Below the pieces are notes generated by a model. The model was not told the origin of the DNA and made no database searches. It saw only the letters and a program-made list of their open reading frames with translations. Shown here piece after piece: positions 62,986-64,000 of a DNA stretch of 64,000 nucleotides; position 1 is the first letter of the stretch; each line of letters begins with the position of its first letter. Source of the stretch: Macrostomum hystrix (taxonomy: Eukaryota; Animalia; Platyhelminthes); contig CATNEN010000029.1 of the NCBI GenBank assembly GCA_950097015.1, positions 4,526,001-4,590,000 of the forward strand, read 5' to 3'. The translations under genes were made by a program, and so were the position numbers.

Positions 62986-63005
62986 TCGGATGGCCAGAAG
63001 ATTAA
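62986..63005 (+). CDS. CA10-like: Probable CA-related protein terminal exon (IGWPED*)
   Basis: TTTCAG acceptor, phase 1, matching the previous donor. Confidence 0.45.
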
Positions 63006-63213
63006 GACGTGTCACAATGATGCGGGCCCAATGCATTTGCAGGCATACTCGGCGAGACACCTGTGTGAACACCACTGGCTAATTAGAATGAAATTGCAGT
63101 TTTTATTGCTTGCTAATAAAGTACAAAAACTTGCTTCCCATGGTCTGACCGCAGTATGAAAAATAAAGTTAATTACGACTTTGCTAATCGGTGAGAATAT
63201 TATGAAAGGCCAG

Positions 63214-63228
63214 ATATTATTATTATTA

Positions 63229-63318
<90 letters not shown>

Positions 63319-63342
63319 TATTATTTTTATTATTTTTATTAT
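63214..63342. repeat. (TTA)n microsatellite, probable LINE 3' tail
   Basis: Direct; reads (TAA)n on the strand of the adjacent LINE. Confidence 0.9.
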
Positions 63343-63604
63343 TGGGTGCTGATTTTTGTTTATTTTATGTTTGCGGCTGAACAATTCGATTTAAAAAACA
63401 AAGCGATAGGAAAACAGTAGCATGCATAAGATTAATTTTAGGTGAATAAAATATTTTTAAAAAAACTATTTTTTGAAATAAACAAAGGCATTAAAACAAA
63501 AAATGAAATATTGAAATTTAAAGAGAAAATTAAAACTGACCGAAAGGAGAATAGCTATTGTGTTTTTGCATTCTAACTATGGGCCTCAGGGCAGTGGCTT
63601 TTTT

Positions 63605-64000
63605 ATCTAGCTTTAATTATGCTTTCTTTGAAGTCCACAAAACTTTCTGTTAACTCTGTGCTTTCCTGTGTCATTAAATACACAATTTTGTCATCAGCTG
63701 TTATAGGCTTACGAAATTTCGAACAGAACCTGCCACTTTCTCTATGAATTTATTTCTAATTGGAACATAAACGGACCAATCGCATCTAAAGAGAATATGA
63801 GTTTCGTTCTCTACCTCGACTCTACAGTTTGGACATGTTCTGCTTTCATAGGCGATTTTCGGTCTTACAGTGCGCAATGTCTCACAGGCCAGTTTGTGGT
63901 TTCCTAGACGAAATCGGGACATTGTGCGCCTTTGTTCTGGGTTAGAGATTATTGTTAGGTACTTTTCTCTGGAGAAATCTTTCTTAAATGTGTAATAGAA
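63605..64000 (-). mobile_element. 3' end of a non-LTR retrotransposon ORF2 (CR1/L2-group-like C-terminus), continuing beyond the window
   Basis: FKKDFSREKYL...SRFRLGNHKLACET.R...RTCPNC..EVENETHILFRC..Y..IR; after a frameshift DDKIVYLM...KAR*. Confidence 0.85.

Overview
Eukaryotic (metazoan) genomic DNA: GC3-rich exons separated by introns packed with many unrelated minisatellites. The architecture resembles a free-living flatworm such as Macrostomum lignano (inference, not verified). Genes reconstructed by hand from splice sites and phase: (1) a + strand ankyrin-like, polyQ-tailed protein (13999-16433); (2) a 9-10-exon + strand voltage-gated proton channel (Hv/HVCN1 family, about 26.9-46.3 kb). 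It keeps the S1 selectivity Asp and the S4 Trp but lacks the first S4 arginine (LLWRxxRxxN). It also has a roughly 150-aa S1-S2 extracellular loop with sequons and an RLRR site, and a long C-tail with two apparent +1 frameshifts. (3) RPL19 on the - strand, with a tiny ATG-AG first coding exon, a hAT/Buster element in its intron and a +1 frameshift; (4) a 9-exon secreted, acatalytic carbonic-anhydrase-related protein (CA10/11-like, 56.9-63.0 kb). Also present: a piggyBac fossil, the 3' end of a LINE, two tRNA-derived SINE families (one CORE-like) and about 30 tandem arrays. Most long ORFs in the supplied track are artefacts of these arrays. The strongest novelty candidate is the Hv3-like two-arginine proton channel with its giant extracellular loop.
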